Source: Candidatus Nomurabacteria bacterium RIFCSPLOWO2_01_FULL_42_17 (lineage in GTDB: Bacteria; Patescibacteriota; Minisyncoccia; Phycocordibacterales; UBA9973). From it: a stretch of DNA of 64,000 bases. The stretch's first letter is position 1, and the number at the start of each line of letters is the position of its first letter. The position numbers and the translations under genes were made by a program. The notes under the pieces are model-generated. The model saw only the letters and a program-made list of their open reading frames with translations, did no database searches and had not been told where the DNA came from. Shown piece by piece: positions 1 through 9,752 of the stretch. Location of the stretch: assembly GCA_001785985.1 (NCBI GenBank), contig MFVE01000005.1, forward strand, positions 16,556-80,555. Direction: 5' to 3'.

Positions 1-691
1 TTAATTTATTCAAATCTAGATTTTTGAAAATAGAATAAATCGCTTCCGCGCCGATATTGGCCTCAAAACAAGTGCCATATTTCAAGGAATAATGATGGAA
101 AGAAATTTCATTTAAAACTTTCCCTTCATAAATTTCTCCTATTTCTTTTTTGGTGATGGAAAGCAGATTTTTCAATTTCTCCCGAGTGTCATCGTTGTTG
201 GCATTTTTAAATTTAACTTTATATTCTTTTTCTAGGCCAGTGATGACGGCTTCTTTCTCGGCCTCATGAACTTTAGTGATAATATAGCCAGCAAAATAGA
301 TCACCTTTTCAAGGTCTGAAACAGATATATTCAGCAAGATGCTCATGCGAGAAGGCACTCCGCGCAAAAACCAGATATGCGACACCGGCGTAGAGAGCTC
401 GATATGCCCCATGCGTTCACGGCGAACGATCGAGCGAGTCACTTCGACTCCGCATTTTTCGCAAATAATATCTTTATAACGGATTCGGCGATATTTTCCG
501 CAGTAACATTCATAATCTTTTTCCGGCCCGAATATTTTCTCGTCAAAGAGGCCTCCGCGCTCACTTCTGCCAGTGCGATAATTTATAGTCTCGGGCTTCG
601 TTACCTCACCGTATGACCACTCCTTGATTTGTTCAGGGGAAGCGAGTCGTAGCGCGATCGAATCAAATTCAGTTGTGTTTAAGGTTTTCAT
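1..691 (-). CDS. rpoC: RNA polymerase beta' subunit, N-terminal part (runs off window start)
   Basis: Manual translation from ATG at 691: [40 protein letters not shown]...[21 protein letters not shown]...CEKCGVEVT...[10 protein letters not shown]; follows rpoB. Confidence 0.97.
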   Translation of the reverse strand, partial: MKTLNTTEFDSIALRLASPEQIKEWSYGEVTKPETINYRTGRSERGGLFDEKIFGPEKDYECYCGKYRRIRYKDIICEKCGVEVTRSIVRRERMGHIELSTPVSHIWFLRGVPSRMSILLNISVSDLEKVIYFAGYIITKVHEAEKEAVITGLEKEYKVKFKNANNDDTREKLKNLLSITKKEIGEIYEGKVLNEISFHHYSLKYGTCFEANIGAEAIYSIFKNLDLNKL

Positions 692-698
692 ATGATTT

Positions 699-3600
699 TT
701 ATTCTTTGCTTACGCCTTTTCTTAAATTCACATCAAGCGCTAGACCTCTTAAATAATTTAAGAGCACATTGAATGACGCGGGAGAATTCGGCGGTCTGAT
801 TTTTTCATTTTTAATAATAGAATCAAAAGTCGCGGATCTACCGAGAATGTCGTCAGATTTGATCGTGAGCATTTCACGCAGTGTGTACGCCGCGCCGTAA
901 CCTTCGAGCGCCCAGACTTCCATTTCTCCGAATCTCTGTCCTCCGCCTTGAGCTTTTCCGCCGAGAGGCTGTTGAGTAATGAGCGAATAAGGCCCGATAG
1001 AACGCATGTGAATTTTGTCTTCCACCATGTGGTGCAGTTTGAGCATATACATACAACCGACAGCCACATCTTGCTCGAAAGCTTCTCCGGTGCGTCCGTC
1101 AAAAAGTTTTAATTTTCCATTCTCTGGCAAACCTGCCTTTACTAACTCTTCCTTTATCTCCTCATGCTTGGCCCCGAGAAATGGCGGAACAATCGCCTGA
1201 TAATTGAGAGTGTTCGCGGCCATGCCGAGATGCATTTCTAAAATTTGTCCCAAGTTCATACGAGAAGGAACACCGAGAGGCGAAAGAATAATATCAATTG
1301 GTGTACCATCCGCCATATAAGGCATATCTTCCTCCGGCAGAATGGTGGAGATGACTCCCTTGTTTCCATGTCTTCCGGAAAGCTTGTCGCCCACGGAAAT
1401 ATTTCTGATCTGGGCAACTTCGATGACAATCTTTTTTATAATCCCCGCTTCGAGCGTGTGTCCGAGGTCACGAGAAAAGATCTTTACTCCAATGATGCGT
1501 CCGCGTTTGCCGTGTTCTACTCGCAGTGACGTATCTTTGACATCACGCGCTTTTTCCGCAAAGATCGAACGCAAAAGCCGTTCTTCTGGAGTCAGTTCCG
1601 TCTCGCCTTTGGGAGTAATCTTGCCGACTAAGATGTCATTTTCTCTCACTTCCGCTCCAATGCGGACAATTCCGTCTTCATCGAGATCTTTGAGCTTGAG
1701 TTCGCCGACATTTGGTATGTCACGAGTGGTGATTTCAGGGCCAAGTTTCGTATCACGAACCACGCAAGTAAATTCCTCGACGTAAACGGAAGTAAATTTA
1801 CTCTTTTTGACTAAACGTTCAGAGACGATGATCGCGTCCTCATAAGTTGAACCAGACCAAGAGAGAAAAGCCACCAGAATATTTTGTCCGAGAGAAATTT
1901 GTCCGCCGACGGTGCTACTCGTATCGGCCAATATATCGCCTTTTTTTATTTTATCCCCCACATTTACGAGCGGGCGCTGGTGGAATACGGCAAAGTTGTT
2001 ATTCCTCATAAAATTAATCAGATTATAAGTTTTGTCCCCGCCCGCATGACTCGCGTCAGCGTGTCGGGCAGGTTTTTTCTCCCCGCCTGCAACGCTATGC
2101 GTAGCATTGCGGGCAGGTGATTTGCCTTCTACCACTATCTTTTTCGCATCTAAGTAAGAGACAACCCCGTCTTCGGTTGCGATAACTAATCGCCCTCCGT
2201 CTCGCGCCGCCAACTCTTCAATACCGGTCGCAACCAGCGGAGCTTCCGGCAAAACGCAAGGTACAGCTTGCTTCTGCATGTTTGATCCCATTAAGGCTCG
2301 GTTCGCATTGTTGTGTTCCAAAAATGGAATCATCGAAGTGGCGATAGAGAAAGCTTGATTGGGAGAGACGTCAATAAAATCAACTTCCTCTCGAGAAATT
2401 TCTCCTGGTTCTGTCTTGATTCTGGCTTCAACTTTTTCTTTGGTTATCTTGCCGGACTCATCATAAGGAATTCCCGCATGCGCAATGTTATATTTTTCTT
2501 CCTCTAGCGCATTTAAATAAACCACCTCGTCAGTCAACTTGCCATTCTTGACTTTGATATAAGGAGTTTCGATAATTCCGAAGTCATTAATCTTGGCATA
2601 AGTGGCAAGGTGTAAAATAAGTCCGATGTTTGGACCTTCCGGAGTATGAATCGGGCAGACTCGGCCGTAGTGCGAAGGGTGCACATCGCGGACTTCCAGC
2701 CCCGCGCGTTCGCGTGTGAGACCTCCGGGTCCGAGCGCGGAGAGGGTGCGCAGATGCTCTATTTCATAAAGCACATTTTCTTGCGCCATAAATTGAGAAA
2801 GCTGGTTGGTAGTGAAAAATTCTTTGATGCGAGCTTGAAGTGGACGCTGATTGATGATCGCGATCGGCATCGCGGTATCGACATCAATAATAGACATGCG
2901 GTCTTGGATATTTCGCTTTATCTGCATCATACCAGTGCGAACTTTTTGCTGTAAAATTTCTCCGACAAAACGCACGCGCCTCTGGCCCAAGTGATCGATG
3001 TCGTCCGCCTTGGCGTCGGCTGTATTGTTCAAAGAAATAATGTGCGCAATAACTGTCGCTAAATCTTCCTTGGAAATTGTGCGGCGCGCCATCTCGGCTT
3101 CATCCATCCCCTTGCCGAAACGTTGGTTGAATCTGAATCTTCCGACTGGAGAAAGATCATATCGTTCAGCCGTAAATAATGAATTGATGAATTCTTTGGC
3201 ATTGTCCGCAGTGGCCATATCGCCGTCTCGGAGACGTTTGTAAATTTCAATATAGGCCTCATTTAAAGTCTTGATCCCGTCTTTGGAGAGAGTTGTTTTA
3301 ATAATTCCCTCTGCCGTAGCATCCCCGCCTGCATCGATTTGCGAAGCATTGCGGGCAGGCTTTGAAAAAGCCTTGACGATCGCCTCGTCGGTCTCATAAC
3401 CCATCGCGCGTAGTAGCGCGGTCGCCGGGAATTTTCTCTTTTTGTCTATTCTGATATAAATTCCTCCATCCGCTTCGGATTCTATCTCGATCCAAACTCC
3501 GCGAGCTGGGATGATCTTGGCGCCGAAATATCTGTTACCCTTGCTTTCAGATTCCGTAAAGAAAACTCCGAAACTGCGCGCGAGTTGCGGCACAATCACG

Positions 3601-3986
3601 CGTTCTACGCCGTTAATGATAAAAGTTCCGTGCGAAGTCATCAAAGGAAACTCAGACATAAAAATCTCTTGTTCTTTCACTGTGCCTAAAATTTTATTCG
3701 TCAATTTTACTCGCGCCTTCAGCAACCCTTGGTAAGAGAGCTTGTTGATTTTTGAATTATTTTCGTCCATCTTCGACTCACCGAGAGAAAAAGAAGTGAA
3801 TTCGAGTTGAAACTTTTTACCGGAATAATCATTGATAGGAGAAAATTCTTTGAAAACTTCGCCAATACCCTCTTCTATCAGCCACTTAAAAGATTTGATC
3901 TGCGCTTCGATCAAATTTGGAAATTCTACTAGCGGTTTTTTATACCTTGAAAAATACTTCTTCGGACGCTTGGTTATTGTATGCAT
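699..3986 (-). CDS. rpoB: RNA polymerase beta subunit (three 12-aa repeat-derived inserts)
   Basis: [55 protein letters not shown]; ATG at 3986 preferred over TTG at 4004. Confidence 0.98.
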   Translation of the reverse strand: MHTITKRPKKYFSRYKKPLVEFPNLIEAQIKSFKWLIEEGIGEVFKEFSPINDYSGKKFQLEFTSFSLGESKMDENNSKINKLSYQGLLKARVKLTNKILGTVKEQEIFMSEFPLMTSHGTFIINGVERVIVPQLARSFGVFFTESESKGNRYFGAKIIPARGVWIEIESEADGGIYIRIDKKRKFPATALLRAMGYETDEAIVKAFSKPARNASQIDAGGDATAEGIIKTTLSKDGIKTLNEAYIEIYKRLRDGDMATADNAKEFINSLFTAERYDLSPVGRFRFNQRFGKGMDEAEMARRTISKEDLATVIAHIISLNNTADAKADDIDHLGQRRVRFVGEILQQKVRTGMMQIKRNIQDRMSIIDVDTAMPIAIINQRPLQARIKEFFTTNQLSQFMAQENVLYEIEHLRTLSALGPGGLTRERAGLEVRDVHPSHYGRVCPIHTPEGPNIGLILHLATYAKINDFGIIETPYIKVKNGKLTDEVVYLNALEEEKYNIAHAGIPYDESGKITKEKVEARIKTEPGEISREEVDFIDVSPNQAFSIATSMIPFLEHNNANRALMGSNMQKQAVPCVLPEAPLVATGIEELAARDGGRLVIATEDGVVSYLDAKKIVVEGKSPARNATHSVAGGEKKPARHADASHAGGDKTYNLINFMRNNNFAVFHQRPLVNVGDKIKKGDILADTSSTVGGQISLGQNILVAFLSWSGSTYEDAIIVSERLVKKSKFTSVYVEEFTCVVRDTKLGPEITTRDIPNVGELKLKDLDEDGIVRIGAEVRENDILVGKITPKGETELTPEERLLRSIFAEKARDVKDTSLRVEHGKRGRIIGVKIFSRDLGHTLEAGIIKKIVIEVAQIRNISVGDKLSGRHGNKGVISTILPEEDMPYMADGTPIDIILSPLGVPSRMNLGQILEMHLGMAANTLNYQAIVPPFLGAKHEEIKEELVKAGLPENGKLKLFDGRTGEAFEQDVAVGCMYMLKLHHMVEDKIHMRSIGPYSLITQQPLGGKAQGGGQRFGEMEVWALEGYGAAYTLREMLTIKSDDILGRSATFDSIIKNEKIRPPNSPASFNVLLNYLRGLALDVNLRKGVSKE
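2037..2117 (-). repeat. Two tandem 36-nt CCTGCCCG..TGC(A/G)GGCGGG palindromic elements in frame in rpoB
   Basis: 2082-2117 encodes [12 protein letters not shown]; 2037-2072 encodes [12 protein letters not shown]; related to 3324-3359, 55973-56010 and 58951-58988. Confidence 0.9.
3324..3359 (-). repeat. 36-nt palindromic element in frame in rpoB
   Basis: CCTGCCCGCAATGCTTCGCAAATCGATGCAGGCGGG encodes [12 protein letters not shown]. Confidence 0.9.
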
Positions 3987-4157
3987 ATTGCTTGATCCAA
4001 ACAAGGCGATAAAATGCGAAAGAAAAACAGACGAAAAAATGCTTTTCTTCAGCTTCTTATGCTTTATTTAGAAATGATTAAGTTAAAACCCTAGTAATAT
4101 AAACCTATAATACACACAGGATTCCATCCGATACTCAATCAATGAATCTCAAGTAGC

Positions 4158-4835
4158 CTACTCTATTTCGTAATTTTTGTCAACTCTTTTCTTCCACTCT
4201 TCTATTTTTTTATGATTTCCAGAAAGTAGAACTTTTGGAACTTTGTAGTTTTTGTTTTTGTATTTCAAAACTTCCGGACGGGTATAGACTTCACTACTAG
4301 AGACTCTTTCTTCTTCTAATGATTCATATTTACCCAAAACTCCGGGAATCTGCCGAGAAATAGAATCAATCAAAACCATGGCTGGAAGTTCTCCACCAGT
4401 CAATACATAATCCCCTATCGAAATCTCTTCTGCGCGCAATATTTTTTGCACTCGAGCATCTATGCCTTCATATCTACCGGAAATCAGAATTATGTCCGTA
4501 TATTTCTTGGCAGAAGTTTTCGCGTATTTTGTCGTGAATTTTTTACCACTGGTTGAGAATATAATAGTTTTTAGCTTGTAGCTTGTAGCTTGTAGCTTTT
4601 TATAAATAGCTTGAACAGCTTTCAAAATAGGTTCAGCGCGCATAACCATTCCGGGCCCCCCGCCATAAGGCTTGTCGTCTACTGGCTTGTAATTATTTTT
4701 GGGTGCTTTTATAAAATCTCTAGGATTATAAAAAAGAATTTTAATCTTTTTATCCTTGATCGCCCGCCCAATAATAGATTCTCTTAAATAAGAATCAAAC
4801 ATCTCCGGAAAAATTGTGATTATATGAAAACGCAC
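4158..4835 (-). CDS. trmD: tRNA (guanine-N1)-methyltransferase
   Basis: VDDKPYGGGPGMVM, GRYEGIDAR, SIGDYVLTGGELPA, VPKVLLSGNH. Confidence 0.97.
   Translation of the reverse strand: MRFHIITIFPEMFDSYLRESIIGRAIKDKKIKILFYNPRDFIKAPKNNYKPVDDKPYGGGPGMVMRAEPILKAVQAIYKKLQATSYKLKTIIFSTSGKKFTTKYAKTSAKKYTDIILISGRYEGIDARVQKILRAEEISIGDYVLTGGELPAMVLIDSISRQIPGVLGKYESLEEERVSSSEVYTRPEVLKYKNKNYKVPKVLLSGNHKKIEEWKKRVDKNYEIE
4565..4599. repeat. TAGCTTG heptamer array inside trmD
   Basis: TAGTTTT TAGCTTG x3 TAGCTTT; encodes KLQATSYKLK. Confidence 0.85.
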
Positions 4836-5191
4836 TAGATTCCTTTCAAATCTTCCATCGCTTCGTCCACTGTCTTCATCGAAATGGGAGCGCTTGCACT
4901 ATTTGCCCCCACTGATCTATCTGATCTCTCTGGTCTGGTGCTTCCCTCTGGTTCGTTGATTTTCAAATTAACGCGAGCATTATTTTTCATACCGATGATT
5001 CGCAAAAGAGTGCGGATAGCTTTCGCCGTGTTTCCCATTCTTCCGATGATCTTGCCCATGTCCGCCGGATTAACGGTTAGCGTTATCAGCACGCCCATTT
5101 CATCCACAGTCCTCTCAATCTTTATATCGTTCGGATTGTCGACAAGAGCTTTAACTACGTATTCCAGAAATACCTTATCTGCTTCTTCCAT
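4835..5191 (-). CDS. khpA: KH-domain RNA-binding protein (KhpA/YlqC)
   Basis: LEYVVKALVDNP...DMGKIIGRMGNTAKAIRTLL; directly downstream of rpsP. Confidence 0.9.
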   Translation of the reverse strand: MEEADKVFLEYVVKALVDNPNDIKIERTVDEMGVLITLTVNPADMGKIIGRMGNTAKAIRTLLRIIGMKNNARVNLKINEPEGSTRPERSDRSVGANSASAPISMKTVDEAMEDLKGI

Positions 5192-5310
5192 AATATTTTT
5201 CCGCCCAAGGCGGATCAGCCTAGGGCTGAAATTAATCTTTATAATCGTGCAGTGTTACGACTTGGTTAGACTGCCTATCCGTATTGTATCAAACTACTTT
5301 TTCGCTTTCA

Positions 5311-5350
5311 ACCCGGTAGTGAGACTTTTACTAAAGTTCTACTACCGGGT
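5311..5350. repeat. Hairpin of GGTAGTGAG..TCTACTACC family (possible terminator after rpsP)
   Basis: ACCCGGTAGT...ACTACCGGGT; relatives at 23394-23436 and 29174-29203. Confidence 0.75.
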
Positions 5351-5363
5351 CAATTCTTTTCTC

Positions 5364-5684
5364 TTACTTTTTTGCCTTTAATTCTTTGCGTTTTACCGTC
5401 GGCTTTTTCTTCGGCAGCACATTTACTTTCTTGCCTGCTATTACTTTGTCATGCACTAAAAAATTGTGAACGGTATCGGAAAGTTTCGCACCCTTAGAAA
5501 GCCAATATTTTATTCGGTCATTAACAAAGCTGATTCTTCCGCTCTTGTCTATCGCCTTTGGATTATAAGTGCCAAGCAATTCTAAAAATTTTCCGCTCTT
5601 GGTGCTGTTTTTGGAATCAGTCAAAACCACCCGAAAAGCCGGATCGTTCTTTCTACCTATTCTCTGCAATCTTATTTTTAACAT
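5364..5684 (-). CDS. rpsP: 30S ribosomal protein S16
   Basis: MLKIRLQRIGRKNDPAFRVV...GKFLELLGTYNP...YWLSKGA. Confidence 0.97.
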   Translation of the reverse strand: MLKIRLQRIGRKNDPAFRVVLTDSKNSTKSGKFLELLGTYNPKAIDKSGRISFVNDRIKYWLSKGAKLSDTVHNFLVHDKVIAGKKVNVLPKKKPTVKRKELKAKK

Positions 5685-5757
5685 AAAATGAGTCTATCAT
5701 ATAAAGACGCTAAATTGCAAGACTATTTTAATTTTTATGCTATATTAAAAAGGCCTG

Positions 5758-5836
5758 TCCCGTTAGAGATAACGGAATTCGCGCTATATTATATAATTAC
5801 TTCACGAAAAAATATTTATGAAAATCTCTAACGGGA
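5758..5836. mobile_element. MITE-like element with TCCCGTTAGA/TCTAACGGGA terminal inverted repeats
   Basis: TCCCGTTAGAGAT (5758-5770) and ATCTCTAACGGGA (5824-5836); same ends at 37449-37532 and 52952-53057. Confidence 0.65.
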
Positions 5837-7824
5837 TGAAAAAAAATCTAAAAAATAACCACCAGAACAGATTGCAGGGCGTTATATCCATTTCCTCAAA
5901 AGGCACTGGTTATGTAGCCGTTGGTGACAAGAAGGACGATCAGGATCCGGAAATTGATGCTAAACATTTGAATACGGCTCTGCATGGAGACCTCGTAGAG
6001 ATAATTCTCCACCCAAAAAGCAAAGGTAGGCAAACAGCGGAAGTTTCAAAAATAATCTCCCGAGCGAAAACTCGTTTTGCTGGAGTTTTAGAGCAGGAGG
6101 GTCATATGATTTTCTTGAAACCGGACGATACAAAAATGTATACGGACATTCTAATTCCGGAGAATATGCTCCACGACGCAAAAGCTGGACAAAAAGTTTT
6201 TGTAGAGATGGTCTCATGGCTTGATCCCCGCAAAGCGCCAGAAGGAAAAGTCACTAAAGTTTTGGGTCAGCCGGGGGACAATGATGCAGAAATGCATGCG
6301 ATCGCGATAGAGAAAGGTTTTGATTCGCAATTGCCAAAAAAAGTTCACGAAGAAGCAGAAAAAATAAAAGCGAGTGGCATCCAAGAGATTGATTACGTAG
6401 GACGAAGGGATTTCAGAAAGACTTTAACCTTTACCATTGACCCATCGGATGCAAAAGATTTTGATGATGCTATATCTTTTAAAGAGCTCCCTCTCCTTAA
6501 CAAGGAGAGGGCGGGGGGTGAGGTGAATTACGAAATAGGGATCCACATCGCGGATGTTTCGCACTATGTGAAAGTTGGTAGCGCCTTAGATATCGAGGCG
6601 CGCGAACGCGGCACTTCGGTTTACTTGGTAGATAGAACCATACCAATGTTGCCAGAGATACTCTCAAACGATTTATGCAGTTTGGTGCCAAATAAAGATC
6701 GGCTCACCATGAGCGCAGTCTTTGTGATAGATAAGAATGCAAAAGTGAAAAGCGAATGGTATGGACGCACGGTCATCCATTCTCAAAAAAGATTCACCTA
6801 TGAAGAAGCCGAAATTTCAATCAATAAATCGGGAACTCCCCTGCATAAAGAATTATCTATTTTGAATAATCTGGCAAAGCTCCTAACGAAAGAAAGATTC
6901 GCGCAGGGCGCCATATCGCTCGATCAAGAAGAGGTAAAATTTGTTTTAGATAAAAACGGAGTGCCAATAAAAGTGGTCAGCAAAGAACGCGGGGATTCGA
7001 ATAGACTGATTGAAGAATTCATGCTTTTGGCAAATAAAAAAGTAGCGGAGGTATTGTCTCCAAAAAAAGTAAAGGGAAGCGAAAAGAAAGACGAAAGCGT
7101 ATCTATATATCGCGTCCACGATCTGCCGAGCAAAGAAAAGATGGCCGACTTGGCATTCTTTCTGCGAAGCTTGGGGCATAAAATAACTCTCCAAGATGGC
7201 ATTATTCCTAGCTCTGAAATAAATCATCTCTTAAAAAAATTGGAAGGCAAGAGTGCAAATGAGACAATCAGAAATACGGTGAGTCGAGCAGTGGTGAGAT
7301 CTATGGCTAAAGCCATTTATTCTACTTTAAACATCGGACATTACGGACTCGCATTCCCCTACTATACACACTTTACTTCTCCGATCAGGCGATATCCGGA
7401 CATCATGATTCACCGATTGCTCTCTGGTTATCTCGCCAAGAAAAAAGTCGGGAAAGACAGACTGCTCGAATATGAAAAAATCGCTAGGATTTCATCCGAG
7501 CAAGAAAAACGCGCCTCGGATGCAGAGCGAGCTTCTATCAAGTACAAACAAGTCGAATATATGAGCAAGCGTTTGGGTGAAAGTTTTGAAGGAGTGATCA
7601 GCGGAATCACAGAATGGGGCATTTATGTGGAAGAAATAGAAACAAAATGCGAAGGCTTGGTGCGGGTGAGAGATCTAAGTGATGATTTTTATGTCTTCAA
7701 TGAAAAGAAACTAGAATTAATGGGCCAAAAAAAGAAAAAAAGGTATCGCTTGGGCGATCGTGTTAAAATCAAAGTAAAAGGTGTTGATTTGGAGCGCAAA
7801 ACTATAGACTATATTTTGATCTAG
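5818..7824 (+). CDS. rnr: Ribonuclease R (start may be 5836)
   Basis: TIDPSDAKDFDDA, HIADVSHYV, IEEFMLLAN, YTHFTSPIRRYPD, C-terminal S1 domain. Confidence 0.96.
   Translation: MKISNGMKKNLKNNHQNRLQGVISISSKGTGYVAVGDKKDDQDPEIDAKHLNTALHGDLVEIILHPKSKGRQTAEVSKIISRAKTRFAGVLEQEGHMIFLKPDDTKMYTDILIPENMLHDAKAGQKVFVEMVSWLDPRKAPEGKVTKVLGQPGDNDAEMHAIAIEKGFDSQLPKKVHEEAEKIKASGIQEIDYVGRRDFRKTLTFTIDPSDAKDFDDAISFKELPLLNKERAGGEVNYEIGIHIADVSHYVKVGSALDIEARERGTSVYLVDRTIPMLPEILSNDLCSLVPNKDRLTMSAVFVIDKNAKVKSEWYGRTVIHSQKRFTYEEAEISINKSGTPLHKELSILNNLAKLLTKERFAQGAISLDQEEVKFVLDKNGVPIKVVSKERGDSNRLIEEFMLLANKKVAEVLSPKKVKGSEKKDESVSIYRVHDLPSKEKMADLAFFLRSLGHKITLQDGIIPSSEINHLLKKLEGKSANETIRNTVSRAVVRSMAKAIYSTLNIGHYGLAFPYYTHFTSPIRRYPDIMIHRLLSGYLAKKKVGKDRLLEYEKIARISSEQEKRASDAERASIKYKQVEYMSKRLGESFEGVISGITEWGIYVEEIETKCEGLVRVRDLSDDFYVFNEKKLELMGQKKKKRYRLGDRVKIKVKGVDLERKTIDYILI
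6489..6523 (+). repeat. BoxC-like CCCTCTCC..GGAGAGGG..GGGGTGAGG element in frame in rnr
   Basis: CCCTCTCCTT AAC AAGGAGAGGG CGGGGGGTGAGG encodes PLLNKERAGGE; relatives at 28100-28136 and 54196-54228. Confidence 0.8.
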
Positions 7825-7825
7825 C

Positions 7826-9751
7826 ATGTTGAAAAAAATTAAATCGAAAATTAAATTAGGGTTGTGGATAGTATTTCCAATAATTCTGGGCGTTTCGTTG
7901 GCGTCGTTCACATTGCTGGTTTTTAAAAATTTTAATGGAGAAAAAACGATTCAGCCTGAGGGCAACGTAGCGGCAGTAGCACAAGCGGCAGTAGAAGAAA
8001 AACCAAAATATTTCTATTTGAACAAGACAAGTGAGAAACACAGCGAGGAACTCAAAGTCGGGGCCTTGGCATACTTGGTCGGCGACCTAAACACTGGCGA
8101 GGTGATCTTGGCAAAAAATCAAAACCAAAAACTTCCGATTGCTTCGATTTCTAAACTCATGACTGCGCTAGTGACAAATGAGATAATGACATCTGATGAT
8201 ATTGCGCAAGTAAGCAAAAAAGCGCTCCACACCGAAGGCACCAATGGCGAGCTTCGCCTGGGAGAAAAAATAAAAACTTCGGAACTTTTGTATCCACTCC
8301 TTTTGGAATCTAGCAATGACGCGGCCGAAGTGTTGGCGGAGCATTTCGGACGGGATTCTTTTATAAGGAAAATGAATCAGGAAGCGCAAAATCTGAAAAT
8401 GTCTGATACGAAGTACGAAGACCCTAGCGGACTCTCCCCCAACAATCAATCCACCGTTTCTGACATATTCAAACTGGCGGGATATTTGAATCGAGAAAAA
8501 GGAGAACTGCTTTCAATAACAAATAAAAGAAGTTTCTCCAATAAAAAGCACAGCTGGTCGAACATCAGCCAATTCTTGCACAAGGACGGTTACTTCGGAG
8601 GAAAGAGCGGATACACTGACCCCGCCCGAGAGACGGTCGTTTCACTCTTTTCCCTTCCCCTCGCAAAGTCCGGCACTCGCCCCATCGCGATCGCCCTACT
8701 CCACAGCCCCAATCGCTCGAAAGATATATCGAATATTTTAAACTACTTGGAAAAAAATATTTATTACGGGGGAGAAGCTGATGCAAGCACTGATTGGATA
8801 CAGCAAAAAATAGGAGCGCCGAATATCAAAGACCCGGATTTTGTCACGCTGACTTTTGGCGGCGATCTGATGCTCGACCGCGGAGTCAGAGCTTCAGTCA
8901 TAAAAAATTTCAACAACGACTATTCCGCGCTTTTTGAAAAATTAGCAATGCTGAAAAAATCAGACATAGTTTTCGGGAACCTAGAGGGCACCGCTTCGGA
9001 CCAAGGCAGAGATATTCACAATTTATATTCTTTTAGAATGGACCCCGCCGTTGTGCCCGCTATGAGAGGTGCGGGTATTAGTATCCTGTCTGTCGCCAAT
9101 AATCACATCGGAGATTGGGGACGTACTGCATACGTTGATACTCTAGCGCGCTTGAAAGAAAATGAAATACTTTATACTGGCGGCGGAAATAATAAAAAAG
9201 AAGCTGAAACACCTACGATTATCGAAAAACATGGAATGAAAATTGGATTCTTGGGATTCTCGGACGTAGGGCCGAGCTCTATGGAAGCCGGAGTGGACAA
9301 GGCGGGACAACTCCTTGCTAACGACCCGCGTTTTGGTGAAATAATCCAAAATGCTTCGAAACAAGTTGATCATCTTGTAGTTTCTCTCCACTTCGGCGAT
9401 GAATACAAGAACAAGCATAACGCCCGGCAAGAATATTTAGCCCACAAAGCAGTAGATAATGGGGCGAAAATAGTAATAGGACATCATCCACATGTCATAG
9501 AAGATACGGAAATTTATAGCAGAAAAGATTGCACTCACAGTTCGTGCATGAGTTTTATCGCTTATTCGCTCGGGAATTTTATCTTTGACCAATCTTGGAG
9601 CAAGCCCACAATGCAGGGCATGCTTCTCCAGATAAAACTAAGCAAGGACGGCTCGATGACAGCGAAAAAAGATACTGTGCAATTAAATTCCGCCTTCCAA
9701 CCGGATCAAATAATCAAAGACAAGGAAGAAAAAGTTAAGTTTCAGGAATAG
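7826..9751 (+). CDS. Membrane-anchored D-Ala-D-Ala carboxypeptidase (S11) fused to CapA-family metallophosphoesterase
   Basis: N-terminal TM helix; SxxK (SISK), SxN (SSN), KSG; then GDLMLDR, GNLEG, ANNH, HFG, GHHPHV, YSLGNFIF. Confidence 0.85.
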   Translation: MLKKIKSKIKLGLWIVFPIILGVSLASFTLLVFKNFNGEKTIQPEGNVAAVAQAAVEEKPKYFYLNKTSEKHSEELKVGALAYLVGDLNTGEVILAKNQNQKLPIASISKLMTALVTNEIMTSDDIAQVSKKALHTEGTNGELRLGEKIKTSELLYPLLLESSNDAAEVLAEHFGRDSFIRKMNQEAQNLKMSDTKYEDPSGLSPNNQSTVSDIFKLAGYLNREKGELLSITNKRSFSNKKHSWSNISQFLHKDGYFGGKSGYTDPARETVVSLFSLPLAKSGTRPIAIALLHSPNRSKDISNILNYLEKNIYYGGEADASTDWIQQKIGAPNIKDPDFVTLTFGGDLMLDRGVRASVIKNFNNDYSALFEKLAMLKKSDIVFGNLEGTASDQGRDIHNLYSFRMDPAVVPAMRGAGISILSVANNHIGDWGRTAYVDTLARLKENEILYTGGGNNKKEAETPTIIEKHGMKIGFLGFSDVGPSSMEAGVDKAGQLLANDPRFGEIIQNASKQVDHLVVSLHFGDEYKNKHNARQEYLAHKAVDNGAKIVIGHHPHVIEDTEIYSRKDCTHSSCMSFIAYSLGNFIFDQSWSKPTMQGMLLQIKLSKDGSMTAKKDTVQLNSAFQPDQIIKDKEEKVKFQE

Positions 9752-9752
9752 T

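Noticed and set aside
2037-3359. rpoB inserts as inteins or self-splicing introns
   Set aside because: At 36 nt they are far too short and lack intein terminal residues or intron core motifs.
377-3735. Many short ORFs overlapping rpoB and rpoC (likewise over other long genes)
   Set aside because: They are shadow or alternate-frame ORFs of well-supported genes with no independent evidence.
4158-5684. rimM and rplS missing from the rpsP-khpA-trmD cluster
   Set aside because: They may lie elsewhere in the genome; one window cannot show loss.
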